A stretch of DNA of 64,000 bases from Callorhinchus milii (taxonomy: Eukaryota): the NCBI RefSeq assembly GCF_018977255.1, contig NW_024704760.1, forward strand, positions 9,424,001 to 9,488,000, given 5' to 3'. This document shows positions 1 to 12,622 of the stretch, in pieces (the stretch's first letter is position 1; every line of letters starts with the position of its first letter). The notes beneath the pieces are model-generated. The model ran no database searches and had not been told where the DNA came from. It worked only from the letters and a program-made list of their open reading frames with translations. The position numbers and the translations under genes are program-made.

Positions 1-774
1 TGGGCGGTGATGAGTTGTTTAGTCGTGACCATTAGCTGTGGTTAAACAGTGTGGGATCACATGAGGACATGGAACAGAATGATTTTACTGTATTTCTGAC
101 TTGAGAATCCTTAATGAGCTGATTTTGCAATAACTGCTCACACAGGAGCCATCGGGCTGAGAAATCTGATTCGTTGCTTGCCTTTCTAGACAATAATGGG
201 GCAATGTCTGCTGTTGTTTGGGCTGTGAGTAAATGTCAGACTGAGGTTTCTGGGCTGAGTCGCTCGCACTTGTCCAGTTTGCCAACGTTTCTCCGAACAG
301 AGTGAAGGAGGGCACCAGCACTTACAGTCACTACACTTTACTAAAAACGGAAGTGTTTGGAGATGTTCAGTACTGTAGACACTATATGAAATGCATTATT
401 ACATTTTGTTATTCGTGAGTTTTTTTTAAGGATGATTAAGGTCTCAGCAGCCATCCCAAACCTCAGCTCGATCCCAGTGACTCGAGCAGTGTGTTTGGCG
501 GATGCAGGGCTTCAGTAGCACACACATTTGACATTGTAATTGTTTTTTAATGTATATAAAAAAACTTTGGACAACGTTACAGCTTCATGGGGCGCTATTT
601 AGTTTCCTCTGCGGCAGAGTTAATGCCTTCATTCTTCTTACCTGGTCAGCATTGATGGAGTGAATGAAAGAGTGCCTTTGGCTGCATCAGCTATGCTGGA
701 GAGTGCAGTTTCCTCCTGTGTAGGTGCAGAGGTTCCGCAAATCATCCTGTGCAATGGAACCTATAAATAAAAGT

Positions 775-1168
775 ACTCCATGGCACCGCTTGTGACAACC
801 CAGCAAGCCTGGCTAATCGGCAGGCCAGTCGCTGGGAGCAGGGATTCTTCCAATTTGACTCTGGTTAACACTGCAAGCCAAAGCCCTAACAGACAGTGGG
901 AAGCTTGCCAGGCAGTTCTCTCAATGGCAGGCTATGTGTTTTTCACTGGTTAAACACCAGCAGTTTCCCCAACTCACACCCTGGGGTCCCCAAACATTGG
1001 CTTTTGCCAACCTGCACCTGATTTTTTCCAGAATTAGTGTGCGTCCCTCCAGTAAGAGAGTGCGAATTCCAGGATGGCATACAAACATGAAACTCTCAAT
1101 CTGGTTTGGAGAGTCTTAAGCTTGGCAATGGGTTTCTTGATGCGTCAGACACCCAGCTGACGAAAAAA
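775..1168 (+). repeat. Unclassified interspersed repeat (family X), A-tailed in this orientation
   Basis: Aligns by eye with reverse complement of 16245-16705, 35255-35545 and 6005-6190 and directly with 29160-29305; ends ...gtcagacacccagctgacg-aaaaaa. Confidence 0.7.
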
Positions 1169-1491
1169 GCAAAACTGGAAATAGCGATTGAAGCAACCCT
1201 GTACCTCGAAAAAGGTAAATCCCACTTGTTTTCTTGAGATTAAAATTTTCATGAATTTGTTGCACTCTTGCTCATCCAGTGCTGAATTATGTTTGGGAAA
1301 TTAAATTTTTATTGATGATTAATTTTTTTGGAACTGTAATCAGTGCAGTGTGAAAAATTCAGTACTTCACACAGACACAAAATAAAGTCCCAGAAGTTGC
1401 CATTATTGGTTAAAAGACCTCTCTTTCTCGATTCGGATCATAGCTTTGTTTGTCTGCAAAAATACAGGCCTACACTTTATCAAAGAATATT

Positions 1492-1960
1492 ACAACAACA
1501 ACTTGCACTTATATAGCGCCCCCCATGCAGGCGTGTCTCAGAACGCTTAACAATGGCAGAGCCTTACTCTGAGCCAGTGGGTCGAAGGGAGGTGACTAAG
1601 CACATTCGAAAAGGAAGATTTTAAGGCGGGACTTGGAAAAGAGTGGGCAAGGCGGGGGGATTGAGGGAGAGTGTTCCAAAGTTTCGGGCTGTAATGGCTG
1701 AAAGTGCGACCTCTAATGGTGGAGTGCAAGGGACAAGCAGGAGGCCGGTGCCAGTCGAATGGAGGCTCTGGTTGGTGGATTGGGGGTGAGGAGGTCGGAG
1801 AGGTAAGAAGGTGCCAGAGTGAAGGGATTTGAACATGAGCGTGAGGATCTTGAAGTCGATCTGTTCGATGGTGGGGAGCCAGTGAAGCCTGGGCCAGATG
1901 GTGAGGGGTACGGAGTTTGGTCCTGGTAAGTATGCGGGCGATAGAGTTCTGACTGAACTG
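1492..1960 (-). mobile_element. L2 LINE 3' fragment
   Basis: (AAC)n tail plus stem-loop; minus-strand ORF remnants FKSLHS and FSHYSPKLWNTLP typical of the L2 ORF2 C-terminus; homologous to 62689-63805. Confidence 0.85.
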
Positions 1961-2034
1961 TGCTCTATATTACAGCTTAGGAGGCCATTTGGCCCATCGT
2001 GCCTTTGCTGGATACTTTACCGTGGATACATTTT

Positions 2035-2505
2035 TTTAAATCCTTGAGTTTGATATATCGCCTTTCACATGGCGAAGATGTCTCAAAGCGCTTCACAGGA
2101 TTTGCTGTAAAGTGTAGTAACTGTGCATTTTTAGGCGAGCATAGCAGCCAATTTGCGCACAGAAATATTTCAAAAACAGCCACAAAATAAATGGAATTTT
2201 ATGTGGGGGATTGTTGGCTAGGATACCGGGAGAAACTCCTTTCTCTTTTTTGAATAGAGCCAAGGGATCTTTAAGGTCCACCTCAACATTAACAAATTAC
2301 ATTTGTCTAGTGCCTTTCGTGTGGGGAGGACGTGCCAACGCAAACAGGCAAAGGGACCTCAGTTTAAAGTCTCATCTGAAGGATGGCACCTCCAGTATTG
2401 CAACACATCCTGGTACTGCGTTGGAGTGTCAGCTTTAGACTATGCAAGCTAAATGTGCAAACGTGGTACTTGAACCCTCAACTTCAGATTCTTGTGCTAC
2501 CAACT
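2035..2505 (-). mobile_element. Deu-domain SINE (SacSINE1/AmnSINE-like) carrying a short L2-tail insertion at about 2290-2340
   Basis: Reverse complement of Deu core (gaggtgccatccttcagatgagac..taaactgagg; aagatccc..ggc; gagtttctcccggt.tcctggccaacaatccc) plus L2-type tail. Confidence 0.8.
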
Positions 2506-2979
2506 AGTACAGGTGAATGCTTTGAAGCACTTTGAGACCTGCTCCGGACATGAAAGGCCATACGTTAAATGTAAAGAGTTTTATTTTATAGATCCTGATA
2601 TCGAATATTTTCTCAAAACTGAAAGGCTATCTTTCTGTGTGCCTCTGAGGCTGCAGGTTTTAAATGATTTTTGTTTTTGTTCAAAACCCAAAATTTGAAG
2701 AAGGCCTTCTCTACAGGAGTAGAGAAGGCCTCTCCCTATGCTGTCAGCTGCTGTGAGAAGTGACATTTACTAGGGTGACTTCAGTATATTTCAAAGAAAC
2801 ATTCCTTAAACAATCTGGTGCTGTGACTTGGTATTTGTAACTTGTAATGTTTTGGGTTCTGCTGATGAGCTGTTTGTCAGGTTTATTTTTCAAGAAATTT
2901 ATATATATTTTCCAATTGATCAGTCATTTTTACTAAAGTGTGATGAAAAATTCAATGTGGAATTCCACAAATCATGGAT

Positions 2980-3360
2980 GTCAGCCTGGCTCAGTCAGTA
3001 GTACTCGACTCAGATAGAAAATTGTGTGTTTAAGCCCCACGTCAGACTTCAAACTCACACTGTCTAAGGTGACACTCCAATCTTGTGCTGAGGTTGCGCT
3101 GCAATGTCAGAGGTGCCATCCTTCGGATGAAATATTAAACTGAGGTCCCATCTGCCCGTTCAGATCCAGTGCCTTTATTTTAAAAGAGAAGGGCGTTTCT
3201 CCCATTGTCCTGGTCAACAATCCCTTAGATAAAATTGGTCATTCACTTCATGGCTGTTCTGAGACCTGACTGCATGTAAATTAGCTTCTGCATTCACCTA
3301 AAAAGTACAGTCACTGCATATCCTGTAAAATGCTTTTAAGTATCCTAACGTGAAAGGCGC
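2980..3360 (+). mobile_element. Near full-length Deu-domain SINE with tRNA-like head
   Basis: Head gtcagcctggctcagt..., Deu core gtcagaggtgccatccttcggatgaaatattaaactgaggtccc, tail ending gtgaaaggcgc. Confidence 0.8.
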
Positions 3361-3580
3361 GGGGCTGAGGCGGGGGGCTGAGGCGGGGGGCTGAGGCGGA
3401 GGGCAGGGGACGGGGGGGGCTGAGGCGGAGGGCGGGGGGGGCGGAGGGCGGGGGGAGGAGGGCGGGGGGGAGGAGGGCGGGGGGGGGCTGAGGCAAGGGA
3501 GCTGAGGCGGGGGGACTGAGGCAGTGGGGTGGGGGGCAGGGGCTGAAGTGAGATGGGGGGGTTGCTGAAGTGAGGCGGGC
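3361..3580 (+). repeat. G-rich minisatellite (GGGGCTGAGGC / GGAGGGCGGGG units), G-quadruplex-prone
   Basis: Directly visible tandem units with many G-runs of 3 or more. Confidence 0.9.
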
Positions 3581-6004
3581 TGTTGACAGCATCTGCATTT
3601 TGTTTCCTTTCAGTAAAATTCTAGAGTGCTCAGTAATCATGCACATTTTCAACTAAACAGTCCTGGGGAAAGGAGGGAAAGGGGGGGGTGGGGGGGAGAA
3701 GTCGTGATCTTGTTTAAAAGGAAAATAGAATTATGAAGTTTAATATTAACGCAGTGGCTTTGAGAGATCCCTTTACTGCCGCAGTCCCTGTAATTATATT
3801 GTTATCTTTGATTAGGGCAGAGTTAATACATCTCACCTGCAAAAACAATCCCATTCCCAGAGTGCCCAGTGCTGTCGATCACACTGTGGCCATGCAGTCT
3901 GTCAATGTGGAGTTTGTGTGCTTACCGGGCTGACCTTCACTCTTTTGCTCCCTGTTTCCTCTGAATCCGAGTCAGGGGTCTGGGCTGAAGAGTCTGGGGC
4001 AGTGCTGGAAGTGCTCGAAGCATATGCTTTGGGTTTCCAGTCTCTGTTGTTACAATGCAAATATCGTGCAAACTGATCATGTGAAGAGCGTCTCCCGTGG
4101 GAGGAAGGCAAGCTTTAAGATGGATGGAGGAGAGCCCTGGCTGGTTTGTAGCCAAGCTGGCAAGAGGTGTGAAGGACATTTATAATAAAACGAGGGGAAT
4201 GGGCAGACATGTTGACGTTTGATTGTCACCTGACAGTTTAATCCTGCATTTTCAGGTAAGAAATGTCAAGGCAAGAGGAAGTAACAGTAGTTCAAGTGGC
4301 TCTTGAAAGAGGATCCAGACAGACAGTCACGTCTGAGCTGAATCAACTTTTCTTATTTCTTTTTCAATTTGAAGTGTGCTGTGACCCAGGAACATGGGAA
4401 CAGGAGGACACCATTCACCTCATCCAGCCCTACCCTGCCCACATCCTGGGCTTTCTCCATGCAGCGCCAGTTAACCCTGTCCTCTCCTTTTCTCACTTCA
4501 AGGAGTTATCATTCTGGGTCTAACATGCAGTCATCTCAACCAGGATTCCTGAATAAGGAAACTAACTGGGAGCATGTCTTGCCCCTCCACACCGAGAACA
4601 CTGCCCGAAGGAGCTCATGTGAAGTGAGTTTCTGTGTGATTTACTTGCGTTCTCCTTATTAAGGAACCTCGTTAGGAAGTGTTGCGTCTGTCAGACACTG
4701 AAATGTTTGTTCGCTCCATGGAAAAGAGAGGTGCACAGAGTGGGGTGGGGGGCTGAGAGGTGCCCGGGCCAGGTGGGGGGAGAGGTGTGCCTGACACCTC
4801 TCAACCTCACTGCCTGGGCACCCCTCCCGCACCTGCCCAGGTACCCCTCACCCCCCCCCCCCCCCATGGCTTTATTGTTGCCAGTGTCCATGCCATCACT
4901 GAATCTGTTGCTCACTGATGGTCTGACAGGGCTCGCTCCTGGCCTAAGCGCCAAATAAAATCTTTCCCAAATTGTTGGGTGAGCCGTGATAAATCCTCCC
5001 CCAAAAAAATTTTCAGAGGTGATTTGAAAGGAAAGTTCCAAAACTGAATTCCAATCAAAGGCATTGGTAGGAATAATAAGATATAATAACAATAATAATC
5101 CTTGAAATAGCACCTTATCACGTTGTTGAGACGTCTCAAAGCACTTCACAGAATATACTGTAAAGTGGATTGACTGTATATTTCGTAGCCAAAACGCAGC
5201 AGCCAATTGCGTACAGCAGTATCCCGCAAACAGTCATGAATTGAGTTGACTAAATTTTTTTTCCAGCCGTTAGTTTAAGTGAGCGGTCATTGTGTTAACT
5301 CAGCATTTTTTTTGTTCTGTAGTCTGAGTGTCTCACCAGCATCCAGATTACTGTCTGTGCAGCAAGCAATATGACCTTTACCCCAATGGGAGGTATACCC
5401 CTTGTTTGTGTGTGCACTGAATAACGGATTGGATGGACTGCACCAGATCGAAGACATATGGTACTGATGATGTTCTCTGCCTGCTTTACTTTTTCTGTGC
5501 AGATTCTAATAAAATCTCTCGCACCAAGTCCAGTACTGGTTAATTCAGAAACGGTGCAAAAGTTTATCTTCAAGGGTTGTCACCTGCCGTCATCCCATCT
5601 GGATTGATTGCTGTACATCTGGTGTGTTATCATTCAATGAGCCCCAGATTCAATTAAGACGGGACTTATTGAATTGAATGAACCAATCTCATAAGGACTC
5701 CAGGGATAACCGTTGCAAATTAGAAAAGAATGTAGCGGCTTAAAACAAACCAGAACTGCAGGGAAGTAAAGACTTCCTGTAGGATAGGCAGAGTGCAGCT
5801 AATCAACAGCAGGCGAGGTCCAGGCTCCACACCAAACCCTCCTCTCTCCAGCATCTTACTGAGCTGAGAAGTGCAGGCGGTCATGTGGGCAATGGTCTTG
5901 TGAGTCAGAGAAACCTCATCTGTCTGTTTCAAAATATATGTTAAATCTCTGACTTTTTGTGTTCTGAACATCTTGCCTGCCCCCTCCACTCCCCTTTTTA
6001 TGTT

Positions 6005-6190
6005 TTATCTTTGCTCAGCCAGGTGTCTGACACATAACGAAACCCGTCACCGAGTTTAAGAGTCTCCAAACCAGACTTGTGAGTTCCACATATGCAAGCC
6101 ACATGCATGAGGAAATTTCCCTGTGTTTGATTGGAATGTGCACTATCCTCGTGGAGGGATGCTCCTTGCTTGCCTAATTCCAGGGAGTGT
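6005..6190 (-). repeat. Family X repeat, 3' fragment
   Basis: Shares cagcc.g.tgtct.gacac, aagagtctccaaaccagact, gagttccacatatg and tggaatgtgcact blocks with other copies. Confidence 0.65.
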
Positions 6191-6229
6191 TACCTTCTCG
6201 CCTCCTCCCATGCAATTACTGACAGAGGA

Positions 6230-6560
6230 GTTCAGTAAGTGCCAGCAACTTCTCTGGTACCTCTTGACAGTGGCATTTCTCTGTGAGGCTGGACAGTAAG
6301 CGGCAGCAAACCAGGCTTGATCTTACAATGCAGTATTAGCTCACGCATGTCCTGGCTGGGCGGGAGTGTGATTCAGTTGTCATCGGGAGCTGAGAAGCGC
6401 AGGCGGTCATGTGGTCTTCAGTTTTTTCCCGTAGCCCAAGAGCACTGAGGTCACTTGTGAGCCTCTGCTAAGATCGGCTGAAACTCAGCACATAGCAAGG
6501 ATCAAATCAGGAACCAGCTCTGCATTGGACTAGACTGCACCAGATGGCGAATTACACATC
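6230..6560 (-). repeat. Old SINE-like repeat (family Y); related pieces near 24345-24760, 29010-29150, 43710-43900 and 49740-49890
   Basis: Shared block gcactgagg..a.ttgt.gc...ctgctgagatcagcta.ctcagcaca; heavily diverged. Confidence 0.45.
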
Positions 6561-8140
6561 AAACTGGCAGGTTTGAGAGCCTGAACCAGTGACCCAGGAA
6601 CCTGTAAAATCAACTGGATCTCAGTGTTGTATCTTCATGATGGGGGGAAATCCCACTCATAATGGAAAAGGATTACTATTGTTAGCAATTCTAGGTCACA
6701 TGATAAAAATAACACTGCTGGAAATGAAAGTGATTACTGTGTCGTTATGTCGATAGAACGCTGGAGGTTTGGTTTTCACTGGGCTCCAATGTGGGAATCT
6801 GTTGAACCTGGGTTTCTGACAATCTAAACAAAAAAAATCTGATTTGAAAAGAGAAGGGAGTTTCTCCCTCCCGGAGTCCTGGTGAACAATCCCCCACAGA
6901 AAACCGTTCACTCTCTCCCATGGCTGTTTGTGGGACATTGCTGTGTGCAAATTGGCAGGTAGAATGTTGCACTACTTTCATCAATGTGTTGAAGCCCTCC
7001 TGCCCCTACGCTCAATCTTTGTGGCTGACCAAGGGGGTGAATGGTTTCCTGACTGGTTTGGTGTGAGAATTAATCATTTGGATCTGTTGACTGAGGATCT
7101 GGTTTCTTCACGTGCAGGTACTTTTCTAATTAATTGGTGTTTGCACTGGAGGTCTCTGAGCGCTTAGAATTGTAGAATATTCGCAGCACAAAAGCCCCTA
7201 ATGCTGGTGTTCAGGGGGCTACCCCAGAAACTTTTCTACAAAATGAAAATTTAAGGTGTTATCACCTATGCTGACTGATGTCCAAAACAAGATGGATAAC
7301 ACTAGATGCAAATACACTATACTCCAAATGTTCAGGGTACATCAGGAACCATATTTCTAGGAATACTAGATATGGCATTTCTCGCAATACTGTATTTATA
7401 AGTAAGGACAGAAGAGGTCAACTAACAAAGGCATCACATTACTCCCTTGGTCTTCAGATAGGATCTGGGTGAATACTGACAAAAGCTAGATTTCACAGGA
7501 TTCGAATGAAGTGCAGTGTATTGTGCAGTGTTGTAAAGTATCTGTGCTGTTCCTGAGTGGGTGCAAAGAAAGAGATTAGATAGAGCTTTGCCAGCACAGA
7601 TGTGATGGGCTGAATGGCCTGTTTTTATACTTTAACATTCTAGTCTTGCCAGTTCAATTCAAACAGTGGACATGAATTTCTACTGTCTGCTGATGTGGGA
7701 CGTCCCATTGGCTTCATGTATGATCTGTGCAGCTGATGTTGCTCCCAGAGAACTTTTCCAATCATTTGGGCTCGACTAACGAACTTCCAAACTTCTGAAG
7801 GTTTTTGAGGTTGTGTTTGTTGACTTTTTAAGACAGGAATGTTCTGAAGGTGGAATGTAAAACCTTGTAGTTACAGATCATTTCACAAGGTATGTACAAG
7901 TTTATCCCACCAGGGATCAAAAGCCTCCTACTGCATCTCAGAATTATGATGGAATTTTATCCATAATTATAGGGTTGTAGCTGGAATTCACTCCACAAGG
8001 GAAGAAGCATTGAAAGTAACCTGATATGAGAGCTATGCAGAAGCACTGGGGTAGCAAAAGGAACACCCATGCTATTCCCTGTGGGAATGATGTATGCAAC
8101 TACAGAGGTGGCCAAATAAAACAGCTTTGACCAATATTTC

Positions 8141-8390
8141 ATAAGAACATAAGAAATGCTAGAAGTGAAAAGAGCAAGGTCCATCTAGTTCAGCTTCCAT
8201 CTTCCTGGTGGTCACATGCACATATGTCCCGAACTACCTATGTACTATATCCCATAATGTTATTTCCTAAAAGAAAACTATCTAATTTGTGCTTGAAAGA
8301 ATCAACAATTCCTGCTTCAACTGTCTCCCTAGGGAACCTGTTCCACAGGTTCACTATTCGCTCACTGAAATAGTGTTTGCAAAGATTCGT
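8141..8390 (-). mobile_element. CR1 LINE 3' end, interrupted by a Deu-SINE fragment at about 8395-8645
   Basis: ataagaacataagaa tail repeat and gggaacctgttccacaggttcactattcgc (reverse of the CR1 C-terminal RVVNLWN motif). Confidence 0.65.
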
Positions 8391-11300
8391 TCTGAGGGAA
8401 TTTTTGGCCAGGACACCAGGAGAAACTCCCTTCTATTTGAATAGTGCCATGAGATCTTTAACTTGGTTAAAATCTCATGGGCCTCGGTTTAACATCTCAT
8501 CTGAAGGTCAATAGGTCTGACAATACGGGGCTTCCTCAGTGCTGCACTGGAGTGTCAGCCGAGCCAGTGAGCTCAAAGCCCTGACCAGTCACAACCTTCT
8601 GACTGAAGAGATGTTTGTGCCTTGAATTGAACCAGGCTGACACCAATCTTAAGTCCAATTATAGATGAAATGGTTAGAGAGCTTGTTAACATCAACCTGA
8701 ATGACACCTACACTGATCCCGGTTATGGCCATAGCCTAGTGATTAGTCTGATACTTCTCACCTCCTAATTGGAATGTGGAAGTTATAAACACCAGTTCCT
8801 TACTTTTGTGCCCAAGGTACATGTCAATGTTGTACTTAATATCTAATATATAATATCTAATGTCTAATGGTTATTAGAATGTAGCAATTGTGTATAATAA
8901 TGATATAACAATCCTTATATTTGATACAGCTCCCAGATATCTCATAGTCTGTCACAGGGTTTACTGTAAAGTGCAGTGACTGTGTTTTGTAGGAGAACGC
9001 AGCAGCCAGTTTGCATATAGCTAAGCCCCACAAACAGCCATGAAGTGAGTGAGCAGTTTTATCTGAAGGATTGTTGGCCAGGACCCCGGGAGAAGCTCCC
9101 TTCTCTTTTCGAATAGTGCCACGAGATCTTTAACAGACAGAACTTTGGATCAATGTTCCATCCGATGGACCAATGAGACGAGTCATTGGGAAAAGATATC
9201 CAGGTAGAGTAGAGCTCTTCTCCATTTTTCCTGCCCCACATGCACACAGGTTCTTTGGTTTCCCAAACGTGACGTTTTTCTGAGGGCTTTTACAGGAACT
9301 CTGGATACCAAGATTGGACAGCTCGGCTTTCTTGAATAATTGAATTCAGCTCAGCTGTTTGCCCTCCTTATATTGGTAATAATTCTCGCATTTGATATCT
9401 TGTTTTATCACGTTGAGACATCTCAAAGCACTTCAACAAGAATAACTTGTGTTTATAAAGCGCTGTTCATGCAGGATAGTCTCTCCCTCATAGCGTGGAG
9501 GGGTTGTGGGCTGTGTTAGCTGAGCGAATGAGGTCGGCAGGGGAGTAGGCCATAGAGAAACTATAGTGATTGAATTTGTACACAAACCTGTGATAGTTTG
9601 TGAAGAATCTTGAGGCCCAAAATTTCACCTAGTCCAAGTCTTAAATCCATTTTTTCTTACAATTTACAGGAACTGTCTTAATTTGGCAACCACCTTTTTA
9701 AGAACTGTAAGGAAAATGGCTTTCAATGTGAGACTGGACTTAAGAATTGCCCACAGGCCTGCATCCTCAAAATAAAGTGGACTTGAAGGCTAAACCTTGG
9801 TGGAAATCCAGTGATGCATTTTTTGACATGGATATTTGCAGGGCTTCAGTTTAGAGGAGAGAAAGGTTATTGTTTTCCTCCCCCACAGTAAAAATGTAAC
9901 CTGATTGCTACTTTCAGAGAAGGAACTTGTGCAAATTGTATACTTTGGGGCATAAGTGACCCTGTGTAGGCCTGCCACACTTGTGCTTGCTTTGTGTTTT
10001 TGATAAACAGAATTGGCAATGAAAAAACCTTGCATTTGATACAGCTCCTTATCAGGTTGTTGAGACGTCTCAAAGCGTTCACAGGATATACTGCAAAGTA
10101 TCGTCTACAAAATGATAATCCTTGTATTTGATACAGCACCTTTCACGTCGCCAGCACACCTCAAAGCGCTTTACAGGATTTACTGTGAGGTGTAGTGACA
10201 GTATATTTTGTAGACGAAAATCCATTGATCACATTCCTCTGATTGCCATGGAGCTATTGAGCCATGTAAAGGATTAGAATGAACATCTAATGAATTCTTG
10301 ATCATGTAGTAGTAATAATAATCCCTGCATTTGATATAGCGCCTTAACATCCATCTGAACAGACAGAGATGAGATCTTGGTTTAATGTCTTATTCGAAGG
10401 ATATCACGCACAATGCTGCATTGGAGCGCCAACCTAGACAGTGAGCCCAACAACTGATCTGGACTTCGATTGCTGAAGTGGGAACGATGTCAGCAAAGCC
10501 AAGCTGACACCTACAGCGCCACAGGTGCTGTCTGTCCGCCATTGGGTTCAGAAGATCAACTAATCAGAGAGATAAATATCCATTGTAAAACACAAGCCCT
10601 TAACCACTATCAATTATCACAACTAAACAACAAACAATTCTTGCATTTGATGATAATACTTCTTGCATTTGATATAGCACCTTATCACATCTTCAAAATA
10701 TCTCAAAGTGCTCCAGAGAATATACTGTAAAGTCCATTGACTGTATATTTTGTGGAAGAAGAACAAAAAGCGATTCAACCTGTTAGACGTTACATGGAGT
10801 CTATCAAATTGAAATGCCCCGAAGTGCTTCACAGGAAATTGGTGCAAAGTGCAGTGACTGTGTACTTGGTATTTTACTCGCACATGATAAAGGTGTCCGA
10901 CTGGTCAACGAGAGACATTGACAAAGACACAGAGCCTCACAAATGCTCAGCGAGCCACAACGCTCACACCAGTTTTCATATTTGATCCATTAATCTGACA
11001 AAATTAACTGCCAAGTCTGCTGTCTTCTCATAATAGCTATTTATCTCAAATAATGTTTTATGTATGATTTTAACTGCTGTATCATCATCACTAATCTTTT
11101 ATTGAAAGCAATGTTTATAAGGATGGAGGCGCGAAAGAGGAGAAGGAAGAGAGAGAGAGAGAAATGTGTCTGAGTTCACACAGATTGCAACAGGGGAAAT
11201 CTGGAGTGAATATAAAGTCGGGCTGTATATACAGCCTTCAGATTTGGGAGTTGATGATGGGATCCAGTCAGGTCCATCTTGCTCAATCCAAATATTGAAA

Positions 11301-12110
11301 TCCAGTGTGTATCAAGAAAGGAAGCTGAGGAAGGACTACCAACTGAACCAGGCTGACCTGGTCTCCACTCATCCTGGTAACATCCTCGTTACTCCTGGGA
11401 ATCTTCAAGAGTGCAATATCTTTCTGGTGACCACAGTACTCAAAATGTGGTCTAACCAAGGTTTCGTTGAAATGTAACCTTACAACCCTACTTTTATACC
11501 CCTGCTTTCAAAAGCAGTCAGTATATTTGATCCTAAATTTTATAAACAGTTTGAAGACGTTTCAGTGGAATTGGGCACTAGAAAATGCACTTTTATTTAC
11601 TGAGCAGCAGCCCTGCCTTATGGAGAGGGGTCGGGAATTAGAAATGTGTAGTGCTTTGAGGTAGTTGACCTTTTCCAATATAAGCGCTTAATTATTTATC
11701 CAAAAAAAATTATTGCGTCTTTAGAGACCGATACCTATGGAGTAGTGGTTGGTGGGAAGTTCTGCCTGTTGGTTTGTGGCTCTATTTGTGCAGTAATTTT
11801 GGAAACTTGGCTCCGACCATCAGGTCCAATTTTGTGAACCCAAAACAAGGCGAACAATTCTACTTATGTGCTGAATGACTAAAGAGCACAGAAGCTCTGT
11901 ATTTGTGGCCTGTTTATAGTTTAAACAGTTTTGTACTGAATGCTACAGAGCGGCTTTTCACATCGTTTCTCCATTTCTGGTAATGCCAAGCCCCCTCCTT
12001 GCTGATTTCCAGTGCAAAACACTGCGGGGGAGGGGACAGAATTTTGCTTCGTATTTTCTATCAATAATGATAAGAGGAATAATTACAGAGAACAGTAACA
12101 ACAGTATATA

Positions 12111-12284
12111 CAGTAAACCTTCCATGAGTAGTATCAGTTGGGACCCTACGTTCAAGATAATTTATGCAAAATATGAGTTATGTCAAATTTGCATAGAATA
12201 TAAACTTTTGATCAGGACTTGAATAGATATATGATTTAGGGGATTATACGATTTATACAGATCCGACTTGTACGAGATTTACTG
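12111..12284 (-). mobile_element. Tc1/mariner (Tigger/pogo-like) MITE, 174 bp
   Basis: TA|CAGTAAACCT...AGATTTACTG|TA: terminal inverted repeats with TA duplication; reverse-complement homolog of 61342-61502. Confidence 0.8.
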
Positions 12285-12622
12285 TAGTCCCCTTCATGTG
12301 GGGTAGTATCCAGGACTGCTCCTTCCTATAATAATCTTTACATCTGACACAGCCTAAAAGCGCTTCACAATTTTACTGTAAAGTGCAGTGACTGTGTAGG
12401 TGAAGACTGGTAAATAGCTGTTAATGGGAGTTAAAGGTAGTGAGCCTGTGTCTGCCAATAGCTCTGCTTGGCAGCTTGATGCGGTGAGGCGAGAACAAAA
12501 CGGTCTTCAAATCAGAGTGAATAAGATTCATTAGAAATGACCTGAATCAGCCGCCAAACCTGAAAATTTTACTTGTAATGAGGAGCAGCAGGTGGCCTCG
12601 TGCTTCTAAAACCTCGTGCTTA

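Noticed and set aside
3311-3652. Proline-rich 113-aa ORF
   Set aside because: Translation of the C-rich strand of a minisatellite.
4377-4623. Possible coding exon after a polypyrimidine tract
   Set aside because: The body resembles an antisense CR1 3' UTR piece (catgggaacaggagg..ccattca) and has no recognisable protein similarity.
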